From assembly GCA_963844515.1 (NCBI GenBank), contig CAWJOO010000012.1, forward strand, positions 16,420-80,419: 64,000 bases of DNA, read 5' to 3'. The notes beneath the pieces were generated by a model. That model did no database searches. It worked only from the letters and a program-made list of their open reading frames with translations, and was not told where the DNA came from. The stretch is from an uncultured Acidobacteriota bacterium (GTDB taxonomy: Bacteria > Acidobacteriota > Terriglobia > Terriglobales > Acidobacteriaceae). Of this stretch, positions 54,260 through 64,000 are shown piece after piece. Made by a program: the position numbers and the translations under genes. Within the stretch, counting starts at the first letter, position 1; each line of letters begins with the position of its first letter.

Positions 54260-55732
54260 CTATAACTTCGCTGCTTCTACTGCCCGTGCCACCCGGAAGG
54301 CAATGCCTTCATTCAAGTGGGCGGCGAGAACTTGCATTCCAACGGGCAGACCGGTGCTTGTGTTGCCGCACGGGACTGAAACCCCGCAGATCCCCGCCAA
54401 GCTCGCCGTGACGGTATAAATGTCCGCCAGGTACATCGAGAGCGGATCGCCTGTCTTTTCGCCGAGTTTGAAGGCAGGCACAGGAGATGTCGGCGTTACG
54501 ATCGCGTCCACCTGCGCAAATGCCCGCAAATATTCCTCTGCGAGCAACCGGCGTACCTGCTGTGCTTTGCCATAGTAGGCATCGTAATAGCCCGCTGAAA
54601 GCGCGTAGGTCCCCAGCAGGATGCGACGTTTCACCTCGGCGCCGAACGCCTCGTCGCGCGAATGCCGATACATGGCTCCCAGGGTCTCTGACGCCTTGGA
54701 TCGATAGCCGTAGCGCACGCCGTCGAACCGGGCCAGGTTTGCGCTGGCTTCGGCGGTCGCGACCAGATAGTAGGTGGGGATGGCGTACCTGGTGTACGGC
54801 AGGGAGACCGGCTTGACTACGCAGCCCGCCGCCTTGAGCGCATCGATGCCTTTTTCGATGGCCGCACGCACTTCAGGATCAAGACCGTCGGCAAAATATT
54901 CTGCCGGCAAACCGATGCGCAGGCCTTCGGCAGGTTTGTCGCTCTCGGTAGCGTAGTCCGCTACTGGCGCGGGCGAGCTTGTTGCATCCTTCTCATCGCG
55001 CCCGGCAATCACGCTCAGCAAGGTGGCGGCATCGCGCACATTTCCTGCGAAAGGACCAACGCGATCGAGGGACGACGCGAAAGCAATGAGCCCATAGCGC
55101 GATACACGCCCGTACGTGGGCAGTACTCCAACCACGCCGCAAAAGCTGGCCGGCTGGCGAATGGAACCGCCGGTGTCAGAGCCCAGTGTAGCCACTGCCA
55201 GGTTGGCTGCGACTGCCGCAGCAGAGCCGCCGCTCGATCCACCGGGCACACGTTCCGGATCCACAGGATTTCGCACCGGCCCGTAGGCTGAATTCTCGTT
55301 CGACGAGCCCATCGCGAACTCGTCGCAGTTGATCTTGCCGAGTAATACCGCGCCGGCGTTTTCGAGCCTGGCGACAGCCGTAGCATCATAGGGCGGGTGA
55401 TAGTTTTCCAGGATCTTCGACCCAGCGGTTGCCGGCGCGCCCTTCATCACCAGCACGTCTTTTATGCCCACGGGAATGCCGGCCAGTGGCGGTAAAGGAT
55501 CACCCTTGGCTGCCATGTGGTCTACTCGCTGTGCCTGCGCCATAGCGCGTTCCCTGGAGAGGCTGAGGTACACATTCAAGCGCGGATTCAGCGCCGCGAT
55601 GCGGTCGTAGTAGGTAGAAGCGAGATCCGCCGCTTTCACGCTGCCTGAGGCGATCTCCGCGCCCAGGGCAGCCAGGGTCTTCGGCTTTTCAACAAAGGTC
55701 TCGGCACTCTTGATCTCGCTGGCCAATCGCAA
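54260..55732 (-). CDS. gatA: Asp/Glu-tRNA amidotransferase subunit A
   Basis: GIKD, DEFAMGSSNENS, PGGSSGGSAAAVA, GSDTGGSIRQPA, GAEVKRRILLGTYALS. Confidence 0.98.
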   Translation of the reverse strand: MRLASEIKSAETFVEKPKTLAALGAEIASGSVKAADLASTYYDRIAALNPRLNVYLSLSRERAMAQAQRVDHMAAKGDPLPPLAGIPVGIKDVLVMKGAPATAGSKILENYHPPYDATAVARLENAGAVLLGKINCDEFAMGSSNENSAYGPVRNPVDPERVPGGSSGGSAAAVAANLAVATLGSDTGGSIRQPASFCGVVGVLPTYGRVSRYGLIAFASSLDRVGPFAGNVRDAATLLSVIAGRDEKDATSSPAPVADYATESDKPAEGLRIGLPAEYFADGLDPEVRAAIEKGIDALKAAGCVVKPVSLPYTRYAIPTYYLVATAEASANLARFDGVRYGYRSKASETLGAMYRHSRDEAFGAEVKRRILLGTYALSAGYYDAYYGKAQQVRRLLAEEYLRAFAQVDAIVTPTSPVPAFKLGEKTGDPLSMYLADIYTVTASLAGICGVSVPCGNTSTGLPVGMQVLAAHLNEGIAFRVARAVEAAKL

Positions 55733-55792
55733 TCCTCTCGTGCGGTGTCTCTGATCTCAGATTCGTGCTTGTTAGTCCATAAGCACGCGCAT

Positions 55793-56104
55793 TTAACGCT
55801 CGATTACCTTCGGCACCTTGAAGAACGTTCCGTCTGCTTCAGGGGCTTCGGACATAACGGCGGCCCGGTCGAGCGACGGTTGCAGCACATCCCTTCGGAG
55901 AGAAGCCGATCCGCCCGCGCCTTGCAGTTCGCTCACCTGGGCCAGGGGAGCAATGCCTGTTGTGTCCAGTTCATTTAACTCTGCCACGTACTCAAGAATT
56001 GCGTTGAGATCGCCAACCATGCGCGGCATCTCCTCCGCGGAGAGCTCAAGGTGCGCCAACTCCGCGACGCGTTCAACATCGGTCAGCGTTACCTTGGCGG
56101 TCAT
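55793..56104 (-). CDS. gatC: Asp/Glu-tRNA amidotransferase subunit C
   Basis: VERVAELAHLEL, LNELDTTGI and FFKVPKVIE; upstream of gatA. Confidence 0.96.
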   Translation of the reverse strand: MTAKVTLTDVERVAELAHLELSAEEMPRMVGDLNAILEYVAELNELDTTGIAPLAQVSELQGAGGSASLRRDVLQPSLDRAAVMSEAPEADGTFFKVPKVIER

Positions 56105-56229
56105 TTTCTGCTCTCTCCCAGTCACGTTTCTAATGACATTCCAAAGCTAAAGTATATCTGGTCGCGTGGTTGTATATTCTTTGAAGCGTTGCCTGTCGCG
56201 ACCCGCTCTCCCTTCTCGATCGAGCCTTC

Positions 56230-59200
56230 TCAATCCACGACCATGGTCAGGGAAACCGCATGCTGTACCGAGTTTGAAGTGACTATGAGCGAAATTGCGT
56301 AAGTTCCTGGTGCGACCGTGTGCGCGGTCGGAGTAGGTGTTGATCCTCCTCCGCCGCCACCTGAGCTGGCGCAACTCGACAATCCAGCGATCGCAAGGGT
56401 CAGGAGAACAATGGCTCCAATCTGGCGTCGGCGTTTGCGCGTTGCGAAGGGCAGCAAAAGAAAACCAAGTGCCAGGGAGGTCGCCTTCCAGTGAGGGCCC
56501 GGCGGCTGGGGTGATGCCATTGCTGCAGCCTGGCTGGTGGTGATCTGCACAATCTCAGTCCCGGTGGCACTGGTGGCGACGGAGTTGGCTGATGGGTTGA
56601 AGACGCAGGCAGCGTATGAGGGCAGTGAATTGCACTGAAATGTAAACGTTGCGGCGCCGCCCGATGGGGTGAGGGTCACGCTGTAACTCGCGGTCTGCCC
56701 ACTGGCAACAGTCTTGCTCGACGCGCCGGATTGAACAACCGCGAAGTCAAATCCGATGCCTGACAAGGGGACGGCCGCATTGCCTCCGAGCGTACTGGAG
56801 GCGATTGTCAGGTTACCGGTTTGCCCACCAGGACTCGCAGGAACAAACGCGACGTCGACTGTGCAGTTGGTTCCTGGGGCCAGCGACGTGGCGCAGGTGC
56901 CGGCGGAAAGTTTGAAACCTGCGCTGGCCGAGAAAGCCATGTTGTCGAGCGACACGGCCGTGCTGGTGTTGGAGACGGTCACCGAGATCGCGCTGCTTGT
57001 GATGCCGACCCCGGTTATGGGAAAAGTGACCAGAGCTGGCTGCAGTTGGATTGCGCCGTTCAATCCACCAATCCCGCTGAGAGCAACGATGGTTGGAGTT
57101 GGTACGGAACTTGAGTGGATTGTCAGAGTACCTGTGAGCGTCCCTGATTGCATCGGCGCAAAGATTACGCCGACCGAGCAACCTGACCCGGCAGGGAGAC
57201 CCGTACCGCAGACATTCTGAGACAGGCTGAAGGGGCCGCTGACAACAATAGTAAGTCCGGACGCTGTTGATCCGCCGGCATTGGTGATCAGCACCGATTG
57301 CGCCGGGCTGGAGTCGCCTATGGCAGTTGGCGCAAACGAGAGCTTTGAGGGACTGGCGCTCAGAGCGCTCGGCGACTGGCCCGTCCCGCTCAGCGGCACC
57401 GCAACAGATTTCACTCCAAGGGTTGAGGAGGTGAGGGTCAGAGTCGCGGTGGCCGAACCCGCTGCCTGGGGAGTAAACACGATCGACACCGAGCAGTTTG
57501 CCCCGGCTGCCAGGGTAGGGCCGCATGTAGTCGCGCCGGTCGAAAAACTCGCTGCTGCCGGGCCAGTGATCTGGAAGCCGACGTTGGCCATTGATGCGTC
57601 GCCTGCATTTGTCACACTGAGCAGCGACGGTACGCTCGCGGCCCCCACCTGCTGCGTTGTGAAGGACAGGTTCGACGGACTGACCCTGAACAATGGCGCC
57701 AGAAGGCCAGTTCCTGCGAGTGTTACGGTTTGCGTCTTGAGCGCGTCTGCCACAGTGAGCGAACCGGTTTGGGGACCTTGCCGTGTCGGCGAAAACTGAA
57801 TGCTGATTGAGCAGCTCGATTGCGAGGCGAGTTGGGTAGTGCAGTTGTTCGCTTGAATAAATTCTCCCGCGATTGAGACCTCGATTGAGGTCAACGGGTT
57901 TGTGCCGTTATTGGTAATCGACACTATCTGCGGCTCGGAATTCTGCCCAACAATTGTCGCGGGATAACTCAGGGTTTGAATCGAGAGCGTGTCTGTTGGA
58001 GGCGACGTGCCTGTACCAAGCAACTGCACGTACTGCATGCCCGCATCATCAACCATGGTCAGTGTTCCCGTCACCGGTCCATTTTCCGTTGGCTGGAAGA
58101 CGATCATGAATACACAGTCGGAATTCGCCGGCAGAGAGGTTGTGCCACACGAATTTGTCTTGAGTTGGAAAGGACCACTTGAAGTGATGCTGGAAATTGT
58201 TATCGCTGTCCCGCCAATGTTCGCAACCGTCACTGGAAAAGCCTGGGAAGTCGCCCCTACAAGCTGCTGGCCAAAATCAATCCGGCCGGGGCTCAGTTGA
58301 ACATTTCCGGTGGTCGCGCCCATGCCCAACAAACTAACGGTAAGGGATCCGCCCGAAACGTTGGCCGCAACCGTTAACTGCCCGGAACGCACCCCGTCCC
58401 CCGCAGGCGAAAACGAAACCTGGATCGAACAAGTAGCGCCAGTCGCGATAGACGCCTGAGCACAGTTGTCTGTTACTCCGAAATCGCCGGTCGCCGTGAC
58501 GGCTGTTGGCGCAAGTGGGGAGGCCCCAGTGTTCGTGATGGTTATGATCTGCGCCGGGCTCGTTGTTCCTGCCGTCTGCGTTCCAAACGTGAGGTTTTTC
58601 GTGCTAATTCTGGCGGTCGTCAGCCTTGAGGCATTGGTCAGCAGCGGGATCTGCCACATGCCGCGTCCATAGGTGCCCGCCACCAGGACGCCAGGCGTCA
58701 CACCGATGGGAGTCGTACTGAGTGCAACCACTGGCGCCAGCGGTAGTCTCGCTCCGTACGGAGCCCAGCAATTTCCACCAACCGTACCGCAGATTGCCAC
58801 TGTTCGCGTTGAGAACACTCCCACATCCGTCGCTAAGTACAGGGTGTTCGCGTCCGCTGGATCCACGACTGCTGCATTAACCGGCGCCCAGGGCAGATTC
58901 GAGTCGATCACCTGCCAGTGAGCGCCTCCGTCAGTCGACCGATAGATTGCTGCCACGGGCCGCGTTGGATCAGAAACTCCCGCGACCGTGATGTATACGG
59001 TATTTCCGCTGACATCATGGGAATCAACGGTCACACTCGAAACGTCCAGCCCGTAGACATTCATCGGGTTTAGATCACCGGACACGGGACTCAGAGCCAA
59101 ATCCTGCCAAGCTGACCACGTCCCGTCAGCGTTCATGGCCGCCTTCAGCACATGTCCGGCGACGGTCGCACCACCGTCCGCGCGACCATACACGCCGACA

Positions 59201-61458
59201 TAGACGATCTCTCCGCCACCAGGAAGCGCCATCGCAGCCATGGTCCGGATCATGGCGTTCCCGCTGCAGGACGCGTCTCCCATGTTTCCGTCGAGCATCG
59301 CCGTGACCACGTTTGACGCAGTCCACCCGTCACCATTTGCTGGCCCGCGCCACAAACGGCAGGTACCAATGAGCAGTTGCGTCGCATCCAGCGGGTCCAC
59401 GAGGAAGGGCGCAGGCCGCGTCATTGTCAGACCATCATTCCCCACGTCACCGTTCGTAACAATCGGCGCTGCGCCAAAATCCGATGGCGTGCACTGGCCC
59501 GCTTTGGAGCAAAGGTGAATCGATATTCCTGCTCCGTTGTTCGCGTACCATTTGTCCGCATTGGTTGGATCGATAGCAACCGGTCCGCCCTCACCGCCAA
59601 TCATTTCCGGCCAGTTCAGAGTGACTCCCGTGGTGTTCTTGACTCCCGCGGTGCCATTGGCGCCCATACCCGCCATCATGGTGTAAGGCGTCATGCCGAC
59701 CGCTGACATGCTCTCGACCTCGGCCAGCGATCCTATTCCGCCATTCAGGTTCTGCCAATGGCTGCCATCCGCGGCTGAACATGTCGAATCGGTCTCTCCG
59801 ATCGCATCCAGCGATCTCCAAAGGCCACTGTCGTTGCCCACAAATAGTTCAAGGGGATTCGTGCCGCTCCACTCCAGCGCATGCTGAAATGGCCCTACCT
59901 GCGCGCTCATGCAGGTCGCGCTATTCGTGGTATTTCGCCACACACAGCCCATGGCCAGGCTGCATTTCCAGAGGTCGTTGTCGCCGGCGAGCAACACTGT
60001 GTCCTGGTCAGACGGCACCGCGGACAGCACAAGATCATAGTCGCCATTCACAATTGTCGATTTACCCAGCGACGTATCCGCTTCGAGTGGCGCAGTGTTC
60101 CATTTCTTGCTGAACGAAAGCGTGTTGGTACACGCTCCTCTGCTCGCTGCGCACACATCCTGCCAAATCCCCTGGTCCTGATTGTTTTCGTCGACCGTCC
60201 ACGCAAATGTGTCGCCGGTCAGGGGATTCACCGCCAGCGCGCCGCGGAAGACAGGACACGCCGGCGAGCCCGCGATCATCGGATTCGTGGGACACATTGC
60301 TGACGACAGGCCCAAACCAGGCTGTGAGTTCAGCCTTGTCCAGGTGACTCCGTCCGCCGATTGGTAGTAGCCATGAAACCGCACCGCAGCCATGAATACG
60401 CCGCGCACTTGATTCCACACCACCGCCGTCACGGCATTGCCATTGCCGGCCGAGTAGCCATCGAGCGGCCCCTGCACGTCATGGCCGTTTCCGTCGGTAA
60501 TGCGCGCCAGAAGCCACGTCGCTCCGGAATCAGGCGAGTAGTAGAGGCCCTTGTAGCTGGTGCCGTCCACTTCGGCATCCACGAGTTGGCCCTCTGCCGA
60601 CTGCGAGACAGCCGCCACCACCAATCGAGGATTCACGGAACTCCACGCAAACCCCGCGAAGCCTTCTCCAGAGAAGCCATAATCCTGGTTGGAAAGACCC
60701 ATTTGCCAGTCCTGCGATTTGGCGATCAGCGACCATGTCTTGCCGCTGTCCGTTGAGCGCAGGATGCCCGCGCCATAGTACGAGTCAAGCGCATCGTTGG
60801 GGTCGCCCGTTCCCGCAAGAATCACTCCGGTTCCGCCTGGCTGAACTGTGATAGCTCCGATGCTGATCGAAGCATCCACGGCGTTACTGAGCGCACCAGG
60901 CGCGTCGGTCAATGGTGTAAAGACGACATTTGCCGCATTAGCGGCGCCGGCGTTCTGAGCCTGCCACACTCCGCCGCCCGTCGTTCCCACATAGAGCGTA
61001 TTGCCGGTTGGGTCTGAAGGATCAAGCGCCAGAGACGATGCCCTTCCGGTTATCAGTCCATAGTTTTGCGAGATCACGGCTGCGGGCCCCAACGCCATCC
61101 ATGAGACAGGAGCCGGAGAAACTTGTCCGCTTGCCAAAGCAGGGTGCGGCGCAGCGGGCCTGCGGGCCAAAGCTCTCCGCAACCGATGTCCTCGCGGGGC
61201 CAGAAATCGCCGGGCCTGGATGACGCGGGGAGGTACGGCGTTCCCGATAGTTTGGGATCCGCGCTCTCGTCCGGAAATCTGCGCAGCCAGACCTTTCGCA
61301 AGCTCGACATCCTGTGCCAACGCCGCTGGAAAAGCCGACAGAAGCGCGACCAGAAACACCCCGAGATTCCGATGAAGTCGATTCCGCGCCACGCTTCTCA
61401 CGCCGCCCCAGGCGGCAGCCGCAGCCACGATTTTCTTGCAGGCCGTCATCACACGCAC
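56230..61458 (-). CDS. Giant secreted protein: Asp-box beta-propeller, about 6 Ig-like (choice-of-anchor D/ASH-like) repeats and a C-terminal anchor region
   Basis: LRSTDSGKTW, YSPDSGATW, YRSTDGGAHW Asp-boxes; repeated L.F..Q.VG.TS....V.ITN.G...C...L..G..C.I.V.F.P; exact start uncertain. Confidence 0.88.
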   Translation of the reverse strand: MRVMTACKKIVAAAAAWGGVRSVARNRLHRNLGVFLVALLSAFPAALAQDVELAKGLAAQISGRERGSQTIGNAVPPRVIQARRFLAPRGHRLRRALARRPAAPHPALASGQVSPAPVSWMALGPAAVISQNYGLITGRASSLALDPSDPTGNTLYVGTTGGGVWQAQNAGAANAANVVFTPLTDAPGALSNAVDASISIGAITVQPGGTGVILAGTGDPNDALDSYYGAGILRSTDSGKTWSLIAKSQDWQMGLSNQDYGFSGEGFAGFAWSSVNPRLVVAAVSQSAEGQLVDAEVDGTSYKGLYYSPDSGATWLLARITDGNGHDVQGPLDGYSAGNGNAVTAVVWNQVRGVFMAAVRFHGYYQSADGVTWTRLNSQPGLGLSSAMCPTNPMIAGSPACPVFRGALAVNPLTGDTFAWTVDENNQDQGIWQDVCAASRGACTNTLSFSKKWNTAPLEADTSLGKSTIVNGDYDLVLSAVPSDQDTVLLAGDNDLWKCSLAMGCVWRNTTNSATCMSAQVGPFQHALEWSGTNPLELFVGNDSGLWRSLDAIGETDSTCSAADGSHWQNLNGGIGSLAEVESMSAVGMTPYTMMAGMGANGTAGVKNTTGVTLNWPEMIGGEGGPVAIDPTNADKWYANNGAGISIHLCSKAGQCTPSDFGAAPIVTNGDVGNDGLTMTRPAPFLVDPLDATQLLIGTCRLWRGPANGDGWTASNVVTAMLDGNMGDASCSGNAMIRTMAAMALPGGGEIVYVGVYGRADGGATVAGHVLKAAMNADGTWSAWQDLALSPVSGDLNPMNVYGLDVSSVTVDSHDVSGNTVYITVAGVSDPTRPVAAIYRSTDGGAHWQVIDSNLPWAPVNAAVVDPADANTLYLATDVGVFSTRTVAICGTVGGNCWAPYGARLPLAPVVALSTTPIGVTPGVLVAGTYGRGMWQIPLLTNASRLTTARISTKNLTFGTQTAGTTSPAQIITITNTGASPLAPTAVTATGDFGVTDNCAQASIATGATCSIQVSFSPAGDGVRSGQLTVAANVSGGSLTVSLLGMGATTGNVQLSPGRIDFGQQLVGATSQAFPVTVANIGGTAITISSITSSGPFQLKTNSCGTTSLPANSDCVFMIVFQPTENGPVTGTLTMVDDAGMQYVQLLGTGTSPPTDTLSIQTLSYPATIVGQNSEPQIVSITNNGTNPLTSIEVSIAGEFIQANNCTTQLASQSSCSISIQFSPTRQGPQTGSLTVADALKTQTVTLAGTGLLAPLFRVSPSNLSFTTQQVGAASVPSLLSVTNAGDASMANVGFQITGPAAASFSTGATTCGPTLAAGANCSVSIVFTPQAAGSATATLTLTSSTLGVKSVAVPLSGTGQSPSALSASPSKLSFAPTAIGDSSPAQSVLITNAGGSTASGLTIVVSGPFSLSQNVCGTGLPAGSGCSVGVIFAPMQSGTLTGTLTIHSSSVPTPTIVALSGIGGLNGAIQLQPALVTFPITGVGITSSAISVTVSNTSTAVSLDNMAFSASAGFKLSAGTCATSLAPGTNCTVDVAFVPASPGGQTGNLTIASSTLGGNAAVPLSGIGFDFAVVQSGASSKTVASGQTASYSVTLTPSGGAATFTFQCNSLPSYAACVFNPSANSVATSATGTEIVQITTSQAAAMASPQPPGPHWKATSLALGFLLLPFATRKRRRQIGAIVLLTLAIAGLSSCASSGGGGGGSTPTPTAHTVAPGTYAISLIVTSNSVQHAVSLTMVVD

Positions 61459-61673
61459 ACCCGGAGTCCAGCTCCGGATCTTCTTCCCGCAATCATCCGC
61501 GAGAGAGGCGCATGCACCCTGAAAAAAGAGCGCCTTCTAAGAAAACAAGGTCCCAGACTGGAAAGTGTGGCCTATTCTAGGACACGCGATTCACCAAATC
61601 ATGTGACCGTCACTACACAAGACGCAAACCTCACGGGATCAGAAGGATCGACCGGGGTTTGCGGCATTCGGTT

Positions 61674-63101
61674 TCAAGCCGAAGTCTTCGAATTCTGCGT
61701 GACATAGGCTTTCGCATTGAACTTCTTCGCCGTCGATGCTCCCGACATGGGACGCACTGTTCCGAATACGGGCTTGTCGAACCAAGGCCGGTCATGCTTT
61801 CCCACGATTGCCCACGCCACTCCGGCGTATCCATTTGGATCCCGCCCATCGATTTCATATTTGTCATTGAGCGTCACAGCCCACTCGAAAGCACGAGCAG
61901 GGTCGGGTGACCACTCCAGGATTTTTTTTGCCCAGTACATCCGCATGTAATTGTGCATCCATCCCGTGTTCACCATCTCCATCTGGGCTGCATTCCAAAG
62001 CTCGTCGTAGGTCTCGGCTCGCTCAAGCTCCTTCAACGTGTAGGTGGCTGGACGGCTATCGGCCGCATGCCCGGTGAGTGTCTTCCGCGCCCAAGGTTCA
62101 GCGCATTCCCAATTGTCGTAGTTTGGGTTGTACTTCACAAACAGCACCGAGAGTTCGCGCCACCCTATCAACTCGTCAAGGTAGCGTTTGCTTGCGCTCG
62201 CAGGGGCCTTCCCATCGGTCACTGCCTTCTCCACAGCCAGTGCGATCGTCAGTGGCGAAATATTCCCGAAATGCAGATAAGGCGACAGGCGGCTTGTTCC
62301 CTTTACTTCTGGCTTGTTGCGCATTTCTTCGTAGCCTGCCAATTCCTGAGTCACAAAGGTATGCAGTCGTTTTAATGCCGCATGAGTGCCTCCCGTGAAT
62401 GTGTCGACGGGCCCCACCGTGCGGTCAAGCTTGTCGAATCCCCTGGTGATATCCTCGTCCACCGGATGACTCTTCATGCCTTTCGGCCGATGCCACTCAT
62501 GCTGAGGCTTCACGTGCTTTGGCTTTACGAGATACGTTGCCAGCTCCCGCTCCAGGTGGGGCCTGAAGTGGTGCAGCAGGAAGTAGTCGCGGCCGAATAC
62601 ACGGGACGGCACCACAACGTCAGCATCCACGGTCCAGTACGGCAGGCGCAGGCGCCTAGCCAACACCTGTCGCCAGCGTTCGGGCTCCCGGCAGGGATTC
62701 TCATCGCCTACCACAAGGGCCGCGCCTACTTCGTCAAGAAATGCTTCCAGTGAGTTATCCGGATGCCTGCGCAGAACAAATCCCACGCCGCGCTCCGCTG
62801 CATCCTCAGCCACGTCACGCAGCCCTTGCGCCATGAAGTGGTAGTGCCGCAGATTCGCATTCGGGTAGTTCGGAATGACGGAGAAGTACACCACCACGGG
62901 CAGACCCAGCAGGTTCCCGGCCTCAATCGCAATGTCGAGCGCAGGGTTGTCCACGATGCGGATGGCTCGTTGCATCCAGTAGACGACGCACTTTGCGCCT
63001 TCGCGCGGCGCGCCACCGCGCCTAACCAGAACGCGCGGCTGATCAACAAGGCGCGCGAATTCCTCCGGCATACCTGCGGGTTTTTCTTTTGTTCCGCCCA
63101 A
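61674..63101 (-). CDS. phrB: Class II CPD DNA photolyase
   Basis: VVYWMQR..R..DN.AL, SRLSPYLHFGNIS, WMHNYMRMYWAKKILEW, NDKYEIDGRDPNGY; start may be ATG 63071. Confidence 0.93.
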   Translation of the reverse strand: MGGTKEKPAGMPEEFARLVDQPRVLVRRGGAPREGAKCVVYWMQRAIRIVDNPALDIAIEAGNLLGLPVVVYFSVIPNYPNANLRHYHFMAQGLRDVAEDAAERGVGFVLRRHPDNSLEAFLDEVGAALVVGDENPCREPERWRQVLARRLRLPYWTVDADVVVPSRVFGRDYFLLHHFRPHLERELATYLVKPKHVKPQHEWHRPKGMKSHPVDEDITRGFDKLDRTVGPVDTFTGGTHAALKRLHTFVTQELAGYEEMRNKPEVKGTSRLSPYLHFGNISPLTIALAVEKAVTDGKAPASASKRYLDELIGWRELSVLFVKYNPNYDNWECAEPWARKTLTGHAADSRPATYTLKELERAETYDELWNAAQMEMVNTGWMHNYMRMYWAKKILEWSPDPARAFEWAVTLNDKYEIDGRDPNGYAGVAWAIVGKHDRPWFDKPVFGTVRPMSGASTAKKFNAKAYVTQNSKTSA

Positions 63102-63246
63102 GCCTCGGCCTCAGGCTCTATTCTCCACGTTCGTCGTGATATTCACAGCAGGACAAGAATGAGATTTGGTCGCGTCGAAAGAACGGCATGGAAACTTTGA
63201 CAACAACCGTTAATTGATCATCGAGATCTCGCTTTGAGGGGCGGAA

Positions 63247-63738
63247 TTACTTGTCCACGGGCGGCTCTGACCAGACTTTCTCGAGCCGGATCGCATCAGC
63301 ATTGGGCGGCGCTCCTTGGCCAACAATCCTCAGTTCCGCCGAGGTGGGCGACGTCAGCGTCATTGCCCATTCCATATCCTCTCCGTCGATCTTTTCAAGT
63401 ATGGATAGCGTGCCATTCTTGATAAACGTTTTCGAGATTGGGCTCGACCCGGGTCTCGGCTCTGCGCCCGTGATTCGCCCCTGCTCGTCCATGTTCATCC
63501 ACTCGTGGGTGACGGTTCCCGCCAGCTGATTATCTTTGACGTTCAGGACCAGGGTTGCGAATCGTCTGTCTTTGAACATCCAGTTCCAAGTGCCGGCAAA
63601 ATCTTTCGCCGTCAAATGATCCGAGACCACAAACTGCGAACCCGGCGACTGGGCATTCTCCAGCTTGATCGCGCCACTCACCAGTAATCCGGCTAACACC
63701 AGCCTGCAAACGAGATTGGATTTCTTCGACAGTGTCAT
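63247..63738 (-). CDS. Hypothetical secreted protein
   Basis: GGAGG RBS, signal-like N-terminus, FAGTW beta-barrel-like start. Confidence 0.7.
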   Translation of the reverse strand: MTLSKKSNLVCRLVLAGLLVSGAIKLENAQSPGSQFVVSDHLTAKDFAGTWNWMFKDRRFATLVLNVKDNQLAGTVTHEWMNMDEQGRITGAEPRPGSSPISKTFIKNGTLSILEKIDGEDMEWAMTLTSPTSAELRIVGQGAPPNADAIRLEKVWSEPPVDK

Positions 63739-63922
63739 TGTCAGCCTCCTATGAGGGAATTTGGGATAATGCCAAAGGGAGTTGAGGGACTGCGTTCAAT
63801 ACGGCTCCCGTCGGATCGAGCGATGCCATCCGCAGTTTGGACGCGCGGCTCCATCCGTCTGCGAGGTTATTTTGCGCTTCCCTTCCTCGCCGCATCGTAC
63901 GCCAGTATGAGAAAGGATGACC

Positions 63923-64000
63923 ATGGCCGACTCCCCCAGCTCCGGCATTGTTTCCATTTCTAGCGCCCATTCGGTTGATGAGACCGTCGCGCGATTGCAG
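63923..64000 (+). CDS. 5' end of probable DUF302 family protein (runs off window)
   Basis: AAAGGA RBS; MADSPSSGIVSISSAHSVDETVARLQ resembles the S..SVDETV.RL start of DUF302 proteins. Confidence 0.6.
   Translation, partial: MADSPSSGIVSISSAHSVDETVARLQ

Noticed and set aside
55746-55764. TCTCTGATCTCAGA in the gatC-gatA spacer resembling the TCAGAGA unit
   Set aside because: Only about two units and not adjacent to the stop codon; too weak to count as a family member
54260-56104. gatC-gatA without gatB
   Set aside because: Split gatCA and gatB loci are common; gatB is probably elsewhere in the genome

Overview
GC-rich bacterial chromosomal window. Gene content and protein style point to Acidobacteriota (Terriglobia-like); this is an inference. 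Bases 1-16 kb hold the complete str-S10-spc ribosomal protein superoperon on the minus strand (rpsL to a partial secY). The rest is mostly housekeeping and envelope genes: yceD-rpmF-plsX-Trm112, sthA-ROK, lptD-dsbA-surA, yajC-secD-secF, tonB-exbB-3x exbD-TPR, gatC-gatA and a class II photolyase. Accessory genes include a secreted nucleoside hydrolase, a PP2C sensor, an FG-GAP protein, a two-domain CE15 esterase, an ADOP-type permease and a 1742-aa surface protein. I saw no rRNA, tRNA, CRISPR or transposase. Many essential genes carry single-base frameshifts in clusters (12.5-14.6 kb, 45-54 kb), most likely consensus errors. The most striking unexplained signal is a family of nine intergenic elements built from tandem 7-mers (one uses 8-mers). 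Eight are inverted-repeat hairpins and one is a solo arm. Unit sequences differ between loci, yet each element begins 0-6 nt after an upstream stop codon, and most place stop triplets in all three frames. Other leads are a small ORF cassette at 44.2-44.7 kb ending in a G-quadruplex motif, and an internal lipobox near the C-terminus of the giant surface protein.
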